A DNA stretch of 63,363 nt, counting the filler. It is 4 parts of 4 records of this genome, joined end to end, with 100 filler letters (N's around TTAATTAATTAA, not from the genome) between each part and the next. Parts side by side here need not be neighbours in the genome. Positions count along the whole stretch, not along the records: positions 34,148 to 46,629 come from DRR378314_401; positions 46,730 to 63,363 come from DRR378314_406; 2 more parts are not named here. The stretch is one strand, 5' to 3'. The position numbers and the translations under genes were made by a program. The notes under the pieces were generated by a model. The model did not search any database and was not told where the DNA came from. It saw only the letters and a program-made list of their open reading frames with translations. Positions 37,676 to 46,813 of the stretch are shown piece after piece (position 1 is the stretch's first letter; every line of letters starts with the position of its first letter).

Positions 37676-40600
37676 GTCAGTCTAAGCAACAAGTGTTCCG
37701 CCTAAAGGCAGGCGGCCGAATCGATCGCTCTCGCACGTTGAGCTTTACCTTTAACGGTCAGCGTTACCAAGGGCATCCTGGAGATACCCTGGCTTCGGCG
37801 CTGCTGGCTAACGGTGTGGATATCGTTAACCGCAGCTTTAAGTATTCCCGCCCCAGAGGCATCGTCGCCGCAGGCGCTGAAGAACCCAATGGCATTGTTC
37901 AATTAGGCAGTACCGAAGCGGCACAGGTGCCCAATGTTCGCGCTACCCAGCAAGCACTGTTTGATGGATTAGCCGCCTGTAGCACCAACGGTTGGCCTAA
38001 TGTACAGCGCGACTTGATGGGCTTGATAGGCAAGTTAGGTGGGCAATTTATGCCGCCGGGCTTCTACTACAAGACGTTTATGGCACCAGCGTCGATGTGG
38101 CTGACCTACGAAAAGTACATTCGTAAGGCGGCAGGCCTGGGCCGCAGCCCTATGGAAGCCGATCCAGACAGCTATGACCACCTTCATCAACACTGCGATG
38201 TGCTGGTCGTTGGCGCTGGCGCTGCTGGCTTGTCTGCAGCATTGGCTGCTGCCCGTGGCGGTGCGCGGGTGATCGTTGCCGATGAGCAAGAAGAGATGGG
38301 CGGTTCACTGTTAGGTAGCCGCGAAACTCTGGATGGCAAGTCGGCAGACCAGTGGGTTGCTCGAGTGCTTGAAGAGCTAGCCGGATGTGACAACGTCACA
38401 CTGCTACCACGCACCACGGCTAACGGTTATCACGATCACAATTTTGTGACACTGCACGAGCGGCGTACTGAGCATCTGGGCGAAACGGCGCCTGTCGTCA
38501 ATGGCCGCCGCCCGGTACGCTCCCGCATGCATCGAGTTCGCGCTGGTCAGGTGATCTTAGCCACAGGCGCTCACGAGCGGCCATTGGTGTATGCGGGAAA
38601 TGACGTTCCAGGCAACCTACTGGCAAGCGCTGTTTCTACCTACATTCGACGCTATGGTGTCGTGCCAGGTCGCCAACTGGTGCTCTCTACCAGCAACGAT
38701 GATGGCTATCGCGCCGCCTTAGACTGGAAGGAAGCAGGCTGCGAGGTGGTGGCGGTTGTTGATGCCCGCGAAGCACCTGCAGGGGATTGGGTCGATGCCG
38801 CCCGCGCCCAAGGTATCAAGATCATCACCGGCAGTGCCGTTATCGAGGCGAAAGGCAGCAATCGAGTCACTGCCGCACGGGTGGCCAAGATCGATATTGG
38901 CGCTTACCGAGTCAGTGGCCCAGTCCAGGAATTGGCCTGCGACACTATTGCTAGCTCAGGTGGCTATAGTCCGGTTATCCACTTGGCTTCCCATACCGGC
39001 GCGCGGCCTACTTGGCGTGACGATATTCTCGGCTTTGTGCCAGGGCTAGTGAAAGGCGTTCATGCCTGCGGTGGCGCTAATGGCATCTATGCGTTGGGAG
39101 ACGTACTTGCTGAGGGGGTTGAGGCTGGTATTAAAGCAGCGGCAGCCACAGGCCACGCGGCTCAGCCGGTTAATCTGCCTAGCGTTGAGCGTCTCCAGCA
39201 GGGGCCTGCGGTGGCGCTTTTCCAGATTCCCCATGAGAAACCCACGCTGCGCGGGCCGAAGCAATTTGTCGACCTGCAGAACGACGTCACTGCGGCGGGC
39301 ATCGAACTGGCTACCCGGGAAGGCTTTGAGTCTATCGAGCATATTAAGCGCTATACCGCGATGGGTTTCGGTACCGACCAAGGCAAGCTGGGCAATATTA
39401 ATGGTATGGCCATTGCAGCTCGCTGCCTAAATCGCTCCATCCCCGAGGTGGGCACCACGGTATTTCGGCCAAATTATACGCCGGTGACCTTTGGCGCCAT
39501 CGTGGGTCGTCACTGCCGTGATCTGTTCGATCCCGAGCGCTATACCGCTCTTCATCAGTGGCACGTTGAGCGCGGCGCCGAGTTTGAGGATGTCGGTCAG
39601 TGGAAGCGTCCCTGGTACTACCCACAGAAGGTGAATGGCAAGACCGAGACCATGCACGAAGCGGTCGCCCGGGAATGTTTAGCGGTGCGCGAGAAAGTGG
39701 GTATTCTCGATGCTTCGACGCTTGGCAAGATCGACATTCAAGGGCCGGATGCGCGTGAATTCCTGGCGCGTGTCTATACCAACAAGTGGGAGAAGTTGGC
39801 AGTTGGTAAGTGCCGTTATGGCTTGATGTGCAAAGATGATGGCATGGTCACCGATGACGGTGTAACCAGCTGTCTTGCTGAAAATCACTTTTTGATGACC
39901 ACCACCACCGGTGGTGCAGCAGCGATATTGGAATGGTTGGAGTTATGGCATCAGACCGAGTGGCCAGAACTGGATGTCTACTTCTCTTCAGTGACTGACC
40001 ACTGGGCCACCATGACGATCACTGGCCCCGAAGCGCGCAAGCTGCTGGCTGAGATGACGGATATCGATCTCGACCGCGATAGCTTTAAGTTTATGGAGTG
40101 GCGTGCTGGAAAAGTGGCCGGGGTGCCTGCGCGTGTCTATCGGATCTCCTTTACCGGTGAGTTGACCTTTGAGATTAACGTTCAAGCCAACTACGCCATG
40201 CACGTGTGGCAGACCCTGTTCAAGCATGGCGAGAAGTATGGCTTGACGCCTTATGGCACAGAGACCATGCACGTCCTGCGTGCTGAAAAAGGCTTTATTA
40301 TCGTCGGCCAGGAAACCGACGGCTCGGTGACGCCGGAAGACCTGGGCATGCAGTGGTGCGTAGGTTACGACAAGCCTTTCTCATGGATTGGTAAGCGAGC
40401 CCTGACGCGAACGGATACCAAGCGCGAAAACCGCAAGCAGCTAGTAGGGCTCAAACCGAAGGACCCTACGGTGGTGCTGGAAGAGGGCGCCCAGATTGTG
40501 TTTGATCCCAAGCATGCGATCCCAATGCCCATGGCAGGGCATGTGACCTCAAGCTACTACAGCCCAATTCTGGACTCTGGATTTGCCTTAGCGGTGGTTA

Positions 40601-40722
40601 AGGGCGGCCTCAAAAAAATGGGCGAAACCGTCTATCTGCCCATGGCAGACGGCCAAGTTCACGAAGCCGAAATTGTCAGCACCATTTTTTATGATCCCAA
40701 GGGAGAGCGCCAAAATGTCTAA
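37672..40722 (+). CDS. soxA: Sarcosine oxidase subunit alpha
   Basis: GDTLASALLANG, RSFKYSRPRG, KRYT..G.GTDQG, GcvT-like C-terminus; ATGA overlap with soxD. Confidence 0.97.
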   Translation: MSQSKQQVFRLKAGGRIDRSRTLSFTFNGQRYQGHPGDTLASALLANGVDIVNRSFKYSRPRGIVAAGAEEPNGIVQLGSTEAAQVPNVRATQQALFDGLAACSTNGWPNVQRDLMGLIGKLGGQFMPPGFYYKTFMAPASMWLTYEKYIRKAAGLGRSPMEADPDSYDHLHQHCDVLVVGAGAAGLSAALAAARGGARVIVADEQEEMGGSLLGSRETLDGKSADQWVARVLEELAGCDNVTLLPRTTANGYHDHNFVTLHERRTEHLGETAPVVNGRRPVRSRMHRVRAGQVILATGAHERPLVYAGNDVPGNLLASAVSTYIRRYGVVPGRQLVLSTSNDDGYRAALDWKEAGCEVVAVVDAREAPAGDWVDAARAQGIKIITGSAVIEAKGSNRVTAARVAKIDIGAYRVSGPVQELACDTIASSGGYSPVIHLASHTGARPTWRDDILGFVPGLVKGVHACGGANGIYALGDVLAEGVEAGIKAAAATGHAAQPVNLPSVERLQQGPAVALFQIPHEKPTLRGPKQFVDLQNDVTAAGIELATREGFESIEHIKRYTAMGFGTDQGKLGNINGMAIAARCLNRSIPEVGTTVFRPNYTPVTFGAIVGRHCRDLFDPERYTALHQWHVERGAEFEDVGQWKRPWYYPQKVNGKTETMHEAVARECLAVREKVGILDASTLGKIDIQGPDAREFLARVYTNKWEKLAVGKCRYGLMCKDDGMVTDDGVTSCLAENHFLMTTTTGGAAAILEWLELWHQTEWPELDVYFSSVTDHWATMTITGPEARKLLAEMTDIDLDRDSFKFMEWRAGKVAGVPARVYRISFTGELTFEINVQANYAMHVWQTLFKHGEKYGLTPYGTETMHVLRAEKGFIIVGQETDGSVTPEDLGMQWCVGYDKPFSWIGKRALTRTDTKRENRKQLVGLKPKDPTVVLEEGAQIVFDPKHAIPMPMAGHVTSSYYSPILDSGFALAVVKGGLKKMGETVYLPMADGQVHEAEIVSTIFYDPKGERQNV

Positions 40723-41350
40723 TGCGGCCACTTTCGATACCCGTACTGATACCGCTATCCCGGTAGAGTCTCCGTTAGCCTTTAGCTACCGTCATAGCGG
40801 CGCTCCTCGTGCAGGTAGTTCAAGTCGGGTTCAGCTACGCGAGCGGGCAATGCTTGGGCATCTGATCTTACGAGGCGGTGCTATCGTTCTCGATGAGGCG
40901 GTGCGCGATGTGCTGGGGATTAGTCTGCCTGGCAAGCCCCAGGCGCTAGTGCAGGATGCCAGCGGCGAGCGGTCCATTCAGTGGCTTTCTCCTGACGAGT
41001 GGCTGGTGATTGTGCCTGGCGGTGAGGAGTTCCCGCTAGAGACGCAGTTGCGGGAGCGTTTGGGGGATTCCCATTACGCCATCAGCGATGTCAGCGGTGG
41101 GCAGACGGTGTTAGAGATTACCGGAGAGGCGGCCCGCGAGCTGTTGATGAAAGCGGTGATCTACGACGTTCATCCCCGCCATTTTCCCGTGGGCAAAGGC
41201 GTTACTACCGTTTTCGCCAAGGCCACGACCATCCTTCGTCGGCCCAGTGAGGAGCGTTGGGAGTTAGTCGTGCGGCGCAGTTTTGCCGACTACTGCTACC
41301 GCTGGCTACTGGATGCAGCAGCAGAGTATGGCGTGAACGTAGAACAATAA
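40715..41350 (+). CDS. soxG: Sarcosine oxidase subunit gamma
   Basis: WLSPDEWL, DVSGG, VRRSFADY. Confidence 0.93.
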   Translation: MSNAATFDTRTDTAIPVESPLAFSYRHSGAPRAGSSSRVQLRERAMLGHLILRGGAIVLDEAVRDVLGISLPGKPQALVQDASGERSIQWLSPDEWLVIVPGGEEFPLETQLRERLGDSHYAISDVSGGQTVLEITGEAARELLMKAVIYDVHPRHFPVGKGVTTVFAKATTILRRPSEERWELVVRRSFADYCYRWLLDAAAEYGVNVEQ

Positions 41351-41412
41351 GCAGGCAGGCCGAAACGCTGTTTCGGCCGCTATCTTCTGCCGCTAACAGA
41401 GATACATGCATT

Positions 41413-42279
41413 ATGAGCCGAATGAGTGATACCTGGATACTTGCCGCCCAATGCCCAAGCCGTTTGGGAACGGTGGACGTTGTCACGCGCTTTTTAAAAG
41501 AGCAGCAGTGCTATATCACTGAACTCAACTCTTTCGATGACCGGCTTGGCGGACGCTTTTTCATTCGTGCCGAGTTTCGTCCAGAGCGAGACGACTTCCA
41601 TGAAGAGCGCTTCCACGCCGATTTTACAGCGCGGGCAGGCGAATTCGATATGCAGTTTGAGCTGACGGCGCCGGGCAAACGCACAGGCGCCGTGATTATG
41701 GTCTCCAAGGCCGATCACTGCTTGAATGATCTGCTCTACCGTTATCGGACGGGCCAGCTTCCGCTGGATATCAAAGCGGTGATTTCCAACCATCCTGATC
41801 TGGAGCCGTTGGCAGCATGGCACGATTTGCCCTATCACTACCTGCCGATCACGCCCGAGACGAAATTGCAGCAGGAAGCGCAGATACGCGAAATCATCGC
41901 GGATACTGACGCTGAGCTGGTGGTGCTGGCAAGGTATATGCAGGTACTCTCCCCCTCAATGTGTGAACTATTAGCCGGGCGCGCTATCAATATTCATCAC
42001 TCGCTACTGCCCGGTTTTAAAGGCGCTAAGCCTTATCATCAGGCGTACGAAAAAGGCGTCAAGCTAGTGGGGGCAACGGCACATTATATTAATAATGACC
42101 TTGATGAAGGGCCAATTATTGCTCAAGGGGTCGAGCCAGTGGATCACACCCACTACCCAGAGGATCTGGTTGCCAAGGGAAGGGATATCGAGTGCCTGAC
42201 GCTGGCTAGAGCGATTAGCTATCACTTGGAACGTCGTGTGTTCTTTTATTCTGGGCGTACAGTGGTGTTTGGTAACTAA
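41413..42279 (+). CDS. purU: Formyltetrahydrofolate deformylase
   Basis: ACT N-terminus, SK..HCLNDLL, LARYMQVLS, INIHHS.LPGFKGAKPY. Confidence 0.96.
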   Translation: MSRMSDTWILAAQCPSRLGTVDVVTRFLKEQQCYITELNSFDDRLGGRFFIRAEFRPERDDFHEERFHADFTARAGEFDMQFELTAPGKRTGAVIMVSKADHCLNDLLYRYRTGQLPLDIKAVISNHPDLEPLAAWHDLPYHYLPITPETKLQQEAQIREIIADTDAELVVLARYMQVLSPSMCELLAGRAINIHHSLLPGFKGAKPYHQAYEKGVKLVGATAHYINNDLDEGPIIAQGVEPVDHTHYPEDLVAKGRDIECLTLARAISYHLERRVFFYSGRTVVFGN

Positions 42280-42551
42280 GGTTTTTGGCTTATAGCTATT
42301 AACGATAAACACACACAGTTATAGCGCGCTTTTATAACGGGGCTACTGTCAGCACCAAGCGTTTTTTAGTTCGCTAGGTAGCCCTTAGTTATGTATAAGC
42401 ATACTAATGCGTGCTTAAGAATTTCGGTTTATAAAAATAAAAACTTATCCATAAAAGATAGTTTCGTTTTATTTTTCATCACATCAATAACTTATTAAAA
42501 CTTTCAGGCGCCGCCTGAGTTTCCCCTGTTTATACGTCAAGAGGTGCTCCA

Positions 42552-43934
42552 ATGCCTATCAGTGTTTTCGACCTTTTTAAGATTGGAGTAGGCCCCTCCA
42601 GTTCCCATACCGTCGGGCCCATGCAGGCCGCTTTTAAGTATGTTACATCACTACGCGAAGCCGACCTTCTTGATCAAGTGGCCCGTCTAGACGTTCATCT
42701 TTATGGCTCACTGTCAGCGACGGGTATAGGGCACGCAACGGATCACGCGATTATTATGGGGCTAATGGGTGAGCGCCCCGACACGATTGATCCTTTGATT
42801 ATTGGGCCATCTATTGCGTCGCTTAAAGAGAGTCAGTTATTAGAACTTGGACGCCAAAAAACAATCGCTTTTGATTGGAATCGCGATATTTATTTCCATG
42901 AAGAGAGTTTGCCTCATCATCCTAATGCCATGCGGCTTGCTGCCTTCACACATCAAGGTGAGTTGCTGCATGAAAATATCTACTATTCGGTAGGGGGCGG
43001 TTTTGTTGTTGAACAAGCCCAGGTGGATATGCCGTTAGAGGACTTTGATGGGGCAACTATTCCCTACAACTTCGATACAGCTGAAGAGCTGCTAGCATTA
43101 TGTAAAAAAGAGCAGCTGAGTATTAGCCGCTTAATGCTAGAGAATGAGAAAGTATGGCGGACAGAAGACGAGGTCAGAAATGAGTTGTGGCGAATCTGGC
43201 AAGTCATGTGTGAGTGCATCGACAATGGGTTAACCCATGAAGGAGTATTGCCGGGTGGGTTAAACGTGAAACGCAGGGCTAAGCTGTTGCATCAGCGGCT
43301 TTTAGCCGCTGAGCAGAATGATTGCCTAATCGCATCGACGTTTTCAGCAATGGAATGGGTGAATATTTTTGCCCTCGCGGTTAATGAAGAGAATGCCGCA
43401 GGAGGGCGCATGGTAACGGCGCCCACCAACGGCGCTGCAGGCATTATTCCTGCCGTTCTGCACTACTATATGAAATTTCAGCCCAACGCTTGCGAGAAAA
43501 ACGTCGTGGATTTCCTGCTAGCGGCAGGTGCGATTGGCATTCTCTGTAAGAAGAACGCGTCGATATCGGGGGCGGAAGTGGGCTGCCAAGGGGAAGTCGG
43601 CTCGGCGTGCGCCATGGCGGCGGCTGGCTTAGCGGATGTGATGGGAGGAACGCCCGAGCAAGTAGAGCATGCGGCCGAAATCGGTCTGGAACACAATTTA
43701 GGGTTAACCTGCGACCCGGTGGGAGGGCTGGTTCAGGTGCCGTGTATCGAGCGCAACGCTATTGCCACCGTAAAAGCCATTAATGCAGCGCAAATGGCAT
43801 TGCACGGTGATGGTACTCACTTTATATCGTTGGATAAGGTCATTCGCACTATGCGCGATACGGGGAGAGACATGCTTGATAAATATAAGGAAACATCCAA
43901 AGGTGGATTGGCCGTCAATGCTATTGAATGTTGA
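42552..43934 (+). CDS. sdaA: L-serine ammonia-lyase, Fe-S dependent
   Basis: [37 protein letters not shown]. Confidence 0.96.
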   Translation: MPISVFDLFKIGVGPSSSHTVGPMQAAFKYVTSLREADLLDQVARLDVHLYGSLSATGIGHATDHAIIMGLMGERPDTIDPLIIGPSIASLKESQLLELGRQKTIAFDWNRDIYFHEESLPHHPNAMRLAAFTHQGELLHENIYYSVGGGFVVEQAQVDMPLEDFDGATIPYNFDTAEELLALCKKEQLSISRLMLENEKVWRTEDEVRNELWRIWQVMCECIDNGLTHEGVLPGGLNVKRRAKLLHQRLLAAEQNDCLIASTFSAMEWVNIFALAVNEENAAGGRMVTAPTNGAAGIIPAVLHYYMKFQPNACEKNVVDFLLAAGAIGILCKKNASISGAEVGCQGEVGSACAMAAAGLADVMGGTPEQVEHAAEIGLEHNLGLTCDPVGGLVQVPCIERNAIATVKAINAAQMALHGDGTHFISLDKVIRTMRDTGRDMLDKYKETSKGGLAVNAIEC

Positions 43935-43989
43935 TCGCTAATGTATTCGGCAGGGTAGTTAAATTATCAGTCGTTTGGGTGCGTTGTTT

Positions 43990-44370
43990 TAACGCTACTG
44001 ACCTGCGATATCCAAGGCACCTGAGCACTTGCGCCGGTGCCCGATAAACGAGCCGTTTTCGGGGGAGGGCATTCAGTTGGTTTGACTACCTTTCACCATC
44101 CGGCGGTGGCCTGCCGTAAGTTCGTTCTTTTGGGGAAGTACTACCGTATCAGGCCACTCGTGTTCTCGTTGGTCTCACAGAGCTCGGAGCGGTAGGGATC
44201 ACAGGTGTGAGTGTTGCGCAGAATAATGGTTTGGACAGCTCCCTGTCGACGCACCCAGGTTATGCCCACGTCATAGTTGGCATGGATATGGCGTCGTCGA
44301 GCGTAGGTCAGTAAAGCAGAGGAAATATCGGCACTGGCCCTTTTTTCTCGACCTTGGTGCCCAAAATACT
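43990..44370 (-). pseudogene. IS30-family transposase relic (boundaries approximate)
   Basis: Minus frame from 44203 reads CDPYRSELCETNENTSGLIR*YFPK (TAG at 44141-44143), later QLNALPRKRLVYRAPAQV; these match the IS30 NENTNGLIRQYFPK and LN.RPRK.L...TP motifs. Confidence 0.85.
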
Positions 44371-44382
44371 GCGGTTATTTTA

Positions 44383-45288
44383 TTAGTCTAAGTTTAACTG
44401 ATTTATTTGCGATCGCGTAGAGCTCTGACTCCGAATTGCCGATGGTGCATGACCAAAATGTTTGCGAAAAGCGCGAGAAAAGGAAGAACTGTCTGAGAAA
44501 CCTAAATCCATGGCAATTCTACCCAACGGCAACCGAGTGGTTTGCAGCCATGTCATTGCCCATGATAACCGTCGCTCTAATACATACTGCTGTGGAGATT
44601 TACCAAAATGGCGCACAAATAGTAGATGCATTTGGCTTTGCCCTAAATGCAGAAAATCGGCAAGTGCGTAATTAGAAGGTGGTATTTCCAACGATGTATC
44701 AATAAAGGAATTGATGTCACTAGCTGAAATGCGGCAATTTTTTGGCAGCGCTTCCAGGCTGCCTACAGCCATCAGCTCATAAACTTGCGTAACAAACATC
44801 ATTGCCAGTTGTCGTCGCAGTAGATAACGCGAGTCCCTAGGGCCAAAAAAGCGGAGTTGCTCAACTGCATGACTCACTGTCGATACGAGGATCGGAGGCA
44901 TATCAAATAAAAGTGGTCTGGAAAAAAGCTGCTCCGACATATCGATATTGGCGTCTTTTTCAAGTACGGATAAGCAGCTGTCATAGCTGCTTAAATCAAT
45001 AACCAGCAGCTCACTGCAATCATTACGACCAGTATAAATGTGTCTTTCATTGGCAGGTATAATCGCGGCCGTCGTGGCATTCAGGCTTCCTGTTGCTTTC
45101 TCAAGCTCACAGTTCATCTCTCCACGCCACCCTAGCAATAGCTGTGGGAAGTCATGGCAATGCTCGCCCGAACTACGGGCAATACGGTTACACCTTGCTT
45201 GAGTTTGTTGCATTGTCGTTATCCTGATATCACTCAATCCGTACAAGCTGTAGGCAAGCTGGGGATGTTGCTCTGTGTAGGGAAACAC
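44383..45288 (-). CDS. AraC family transcriptional regulator (start uncertain)
   Basis: Cupin HCHDFPQ, C-terminal IAMDLGFSDSSSFSRAFRKHFG. Confidence 0.92.
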   Translation of the reverse strand: MFPYTEQHPQLAYSLYGLSDIRITTMQQTQARCNRIARSSGEHCHDFPQLLLGWRGEMNCELEKATGSLNATTAAIIPANERHIYTGRNDCSELLVIDLSSYDSCLSVLEKDANIDMSEQLFSRPLLFDMPPILVSTVSHAVEQLRFFGPRDSRYLLRRQLAMMFVTQVYELMAVGSLEALPKNCRISASDINSFIDTSLEIPPSNYALADFLHLGQSQMHLLFVRHFGKSPQQYVLERRLSWAMTWLQTTRLPLGRIAMDLGFSDSSSFSRAFRKHFGHAPSAIRSQSSTRSQINQLNLD

Positions 45289-45356
45289 AGAATAGCTGTA
45301 GGCTCTGAGCCACTCTTTGTTAGGTATACGCGACTATTTTAAAGACTAGCCTTCAA

Positions 45357-45393
45357 ACGGAATACATGACAACTATTACGGAGTCCATGCCAA
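45357..45393 (+). promoter_or_regulatory. Tandem 16-bp repeat at 21-bp period, probable AraC operator
   Basis: ACGGAATACATGACAA and ACGGAGTCCATGCCAA (13/16 identical). Confidence 0.65.
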
Positions 45394-45440
45394 GACTTTG
45401 CAACCTCCTCCATCTTAGTCTGTATCGATGCATTTTATAA

Positions 45441-46409
45441 ATGGAGTCTGGTATGTATTTCAACGCTGAACAAGTTATCGATGCCTTACCTTGGGAGGCT
45501 CTAATCGGTGCTCTCGACGTAATATTTACTCGCGACGTACAGTCACCTATCCGCCACCACCATCACTTGAAAGTCAGTGGCGATCCAGATGCAACGTTAT
45601 TGCTGATGCCAGCATGGATAGAGAATCGCTACCTAGGTGTTAAGCAAGTTAATGTTTTTCCTGGCAATACAGCGCGTCATGAGCCGGGACTTACCGGCCA
45701 CTACCTGCTTAGTTGTGCACGTACTGGAAAACATTTGGCTCAGTTCGAAGCCAACGAGCTGACATCACGCAGAACAGCGGCTGCGTCAGCGCTGGCCTCT
45801 CGATACCTCTCCCGCGAAAATTCGGCAGAGTTGCTAATGGTAGGTGCCGGGAGGATGGCGCGTCGCCTAGTGCCCGCCCATGCATCGGTACGTCCGATTA
45901 AACGAGTCCGTGTATGGGACCTTTACCCCAAATCAGCCGCTACCCTGGTCGATGAGCTTATTGAACAGGGCTACCAAGCAGAGGTGGTCTCCGTAGATAG
46001 CCTTCAGCAGGCCGTTAGCGAAGCCGACATCATCAGTTGCGCCACACTTAGTCAAGAACCACTGATTCGTGGCGAATGGCTCACGCCAGGAACGCATGTC
46101 GATTTGGTCGGCAGCTTTACGCCTTATATGCGAGAAGCCGATGATGAAGTTATGCGCAGGGGCTATGTATTTGTTGACACTAGAGCGGGTGCCTTAGCCG
46201 AGAGTGGAGATTTAATTGACCCCATTAAGTCCGGTGTCATAAGTGAGTCGGATGTATTAGCAGATTTTTATGAACTTTGTGGCATGCGGCACCTGGGACG
46301 GAGCGAGCTAAACAACCCCAATGAAGCTGTGACGGTGTTTAAAGCAGTCGGGGCGTCTTCTGAAGACCTTGCTGCTGCGATCACTGCTTATGAAAGGAGC
46401 TGCAATTAA
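45441..46409 (+). CDS. Ornithine cyclodeaminase/mu-crystallin family protein (pyrroline-2-carboxylate reductase-like)
   Basis: LLMPAW, GVK.VNVFPGN, LTSRRTAAAS, GAGRMA, FKAVG...EDL. Confidence 0.88.
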   Translation: MESGMYFNAEQVIDALPWEALIGALDVIFTRDVQSPIRHHHHLKVSGDPDATLLLMPAWIENRYLGVKQVNVFPGNTARHEPGLTGHYLLSCARTGKHLAQFEANELTSRRTAAASALASRYLSRENSAELLMVGAGRMARRLVPAHASVRPIKRVRVWDLYPKSAATLVDELIEQGYQAEVVSVDSLQQAVSEADIISCATLSQEPLIRGEWLTPGTHVDLVGSFTPYMREADDEVMRRGYVFVDTRAGALAESGDLIDPIKSGVISESDVLADFYELCGMRHLGRSELNNPNEAVTVFKAVGASSEDLAAAITAYERSCN

Positions 46410-46455
46410 TCACAGTTGACTGACGATCTAATGCTGAATAAAAGGAATAACCAGC

Positions 46456-46629
46456 TTGAAAAATAAAAGTAAAGCCATTGGGCTACCGTCGCTAAGTATG
46501 GCGCTTCTGCCAATCATACTTACTATCGGCCTGTTGGCGATTCAGCTTTTCTATTACGGTGACTTCACGCCTCATATACCGCTAGCTTTAGGTGCGGGTA
46601 TTGCCGCACTCTTTGGCTGGAGTCGTGGC
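46456..46629 (+). CDS. 5' end of an NhaC-family transporter, truncated by contig end
   Basis: PSL..ALLP...PHIPL hydrophobic N-terminus; AAGGA SD, TTG start. Confidence 0.6.
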
Positions 46630-46729
46630 NNNNNNNNNNNNNNNNNNNNNNNNNNNNNNNNNNNNNNNNNNNNTTAATTAATTAANNNNNNNNNNNNNNN
46701 NNNNNNNNNNNNNNNNNNNNNNNNNNNNN
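46630..46729. other. Artificial contig linker
   Basis: N44-TTAATTAATTAA-N44. Confidence 0.99.
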
Positions 46730-46756
46730 CGCCTTCGACCACTCGGCCACCTCTCC
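46730..46756 (-). tRNA. 5' fragment of tRNA-Ser, cut by the contig end before the anticodon
   Basis: Minus strand GGAGAGGTGGCCGAGTGGTCGAAGGCG, acceptor stem plus D arm typical of tRNA-Ser. Confidence 0.8.
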
Positions 46757-46813
46757 GTGTCGGCGTTATTTGGACCATCGAAACCGGATTTGCAAGGCCC
46801 GATTATTGCTGAA

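Noticed and set aside
34697-43934. glyA-soxBDAG-purU-sdaA as a novel system
   Set aside because: Well-known glycine betaine/sarcosine catabolic cluster
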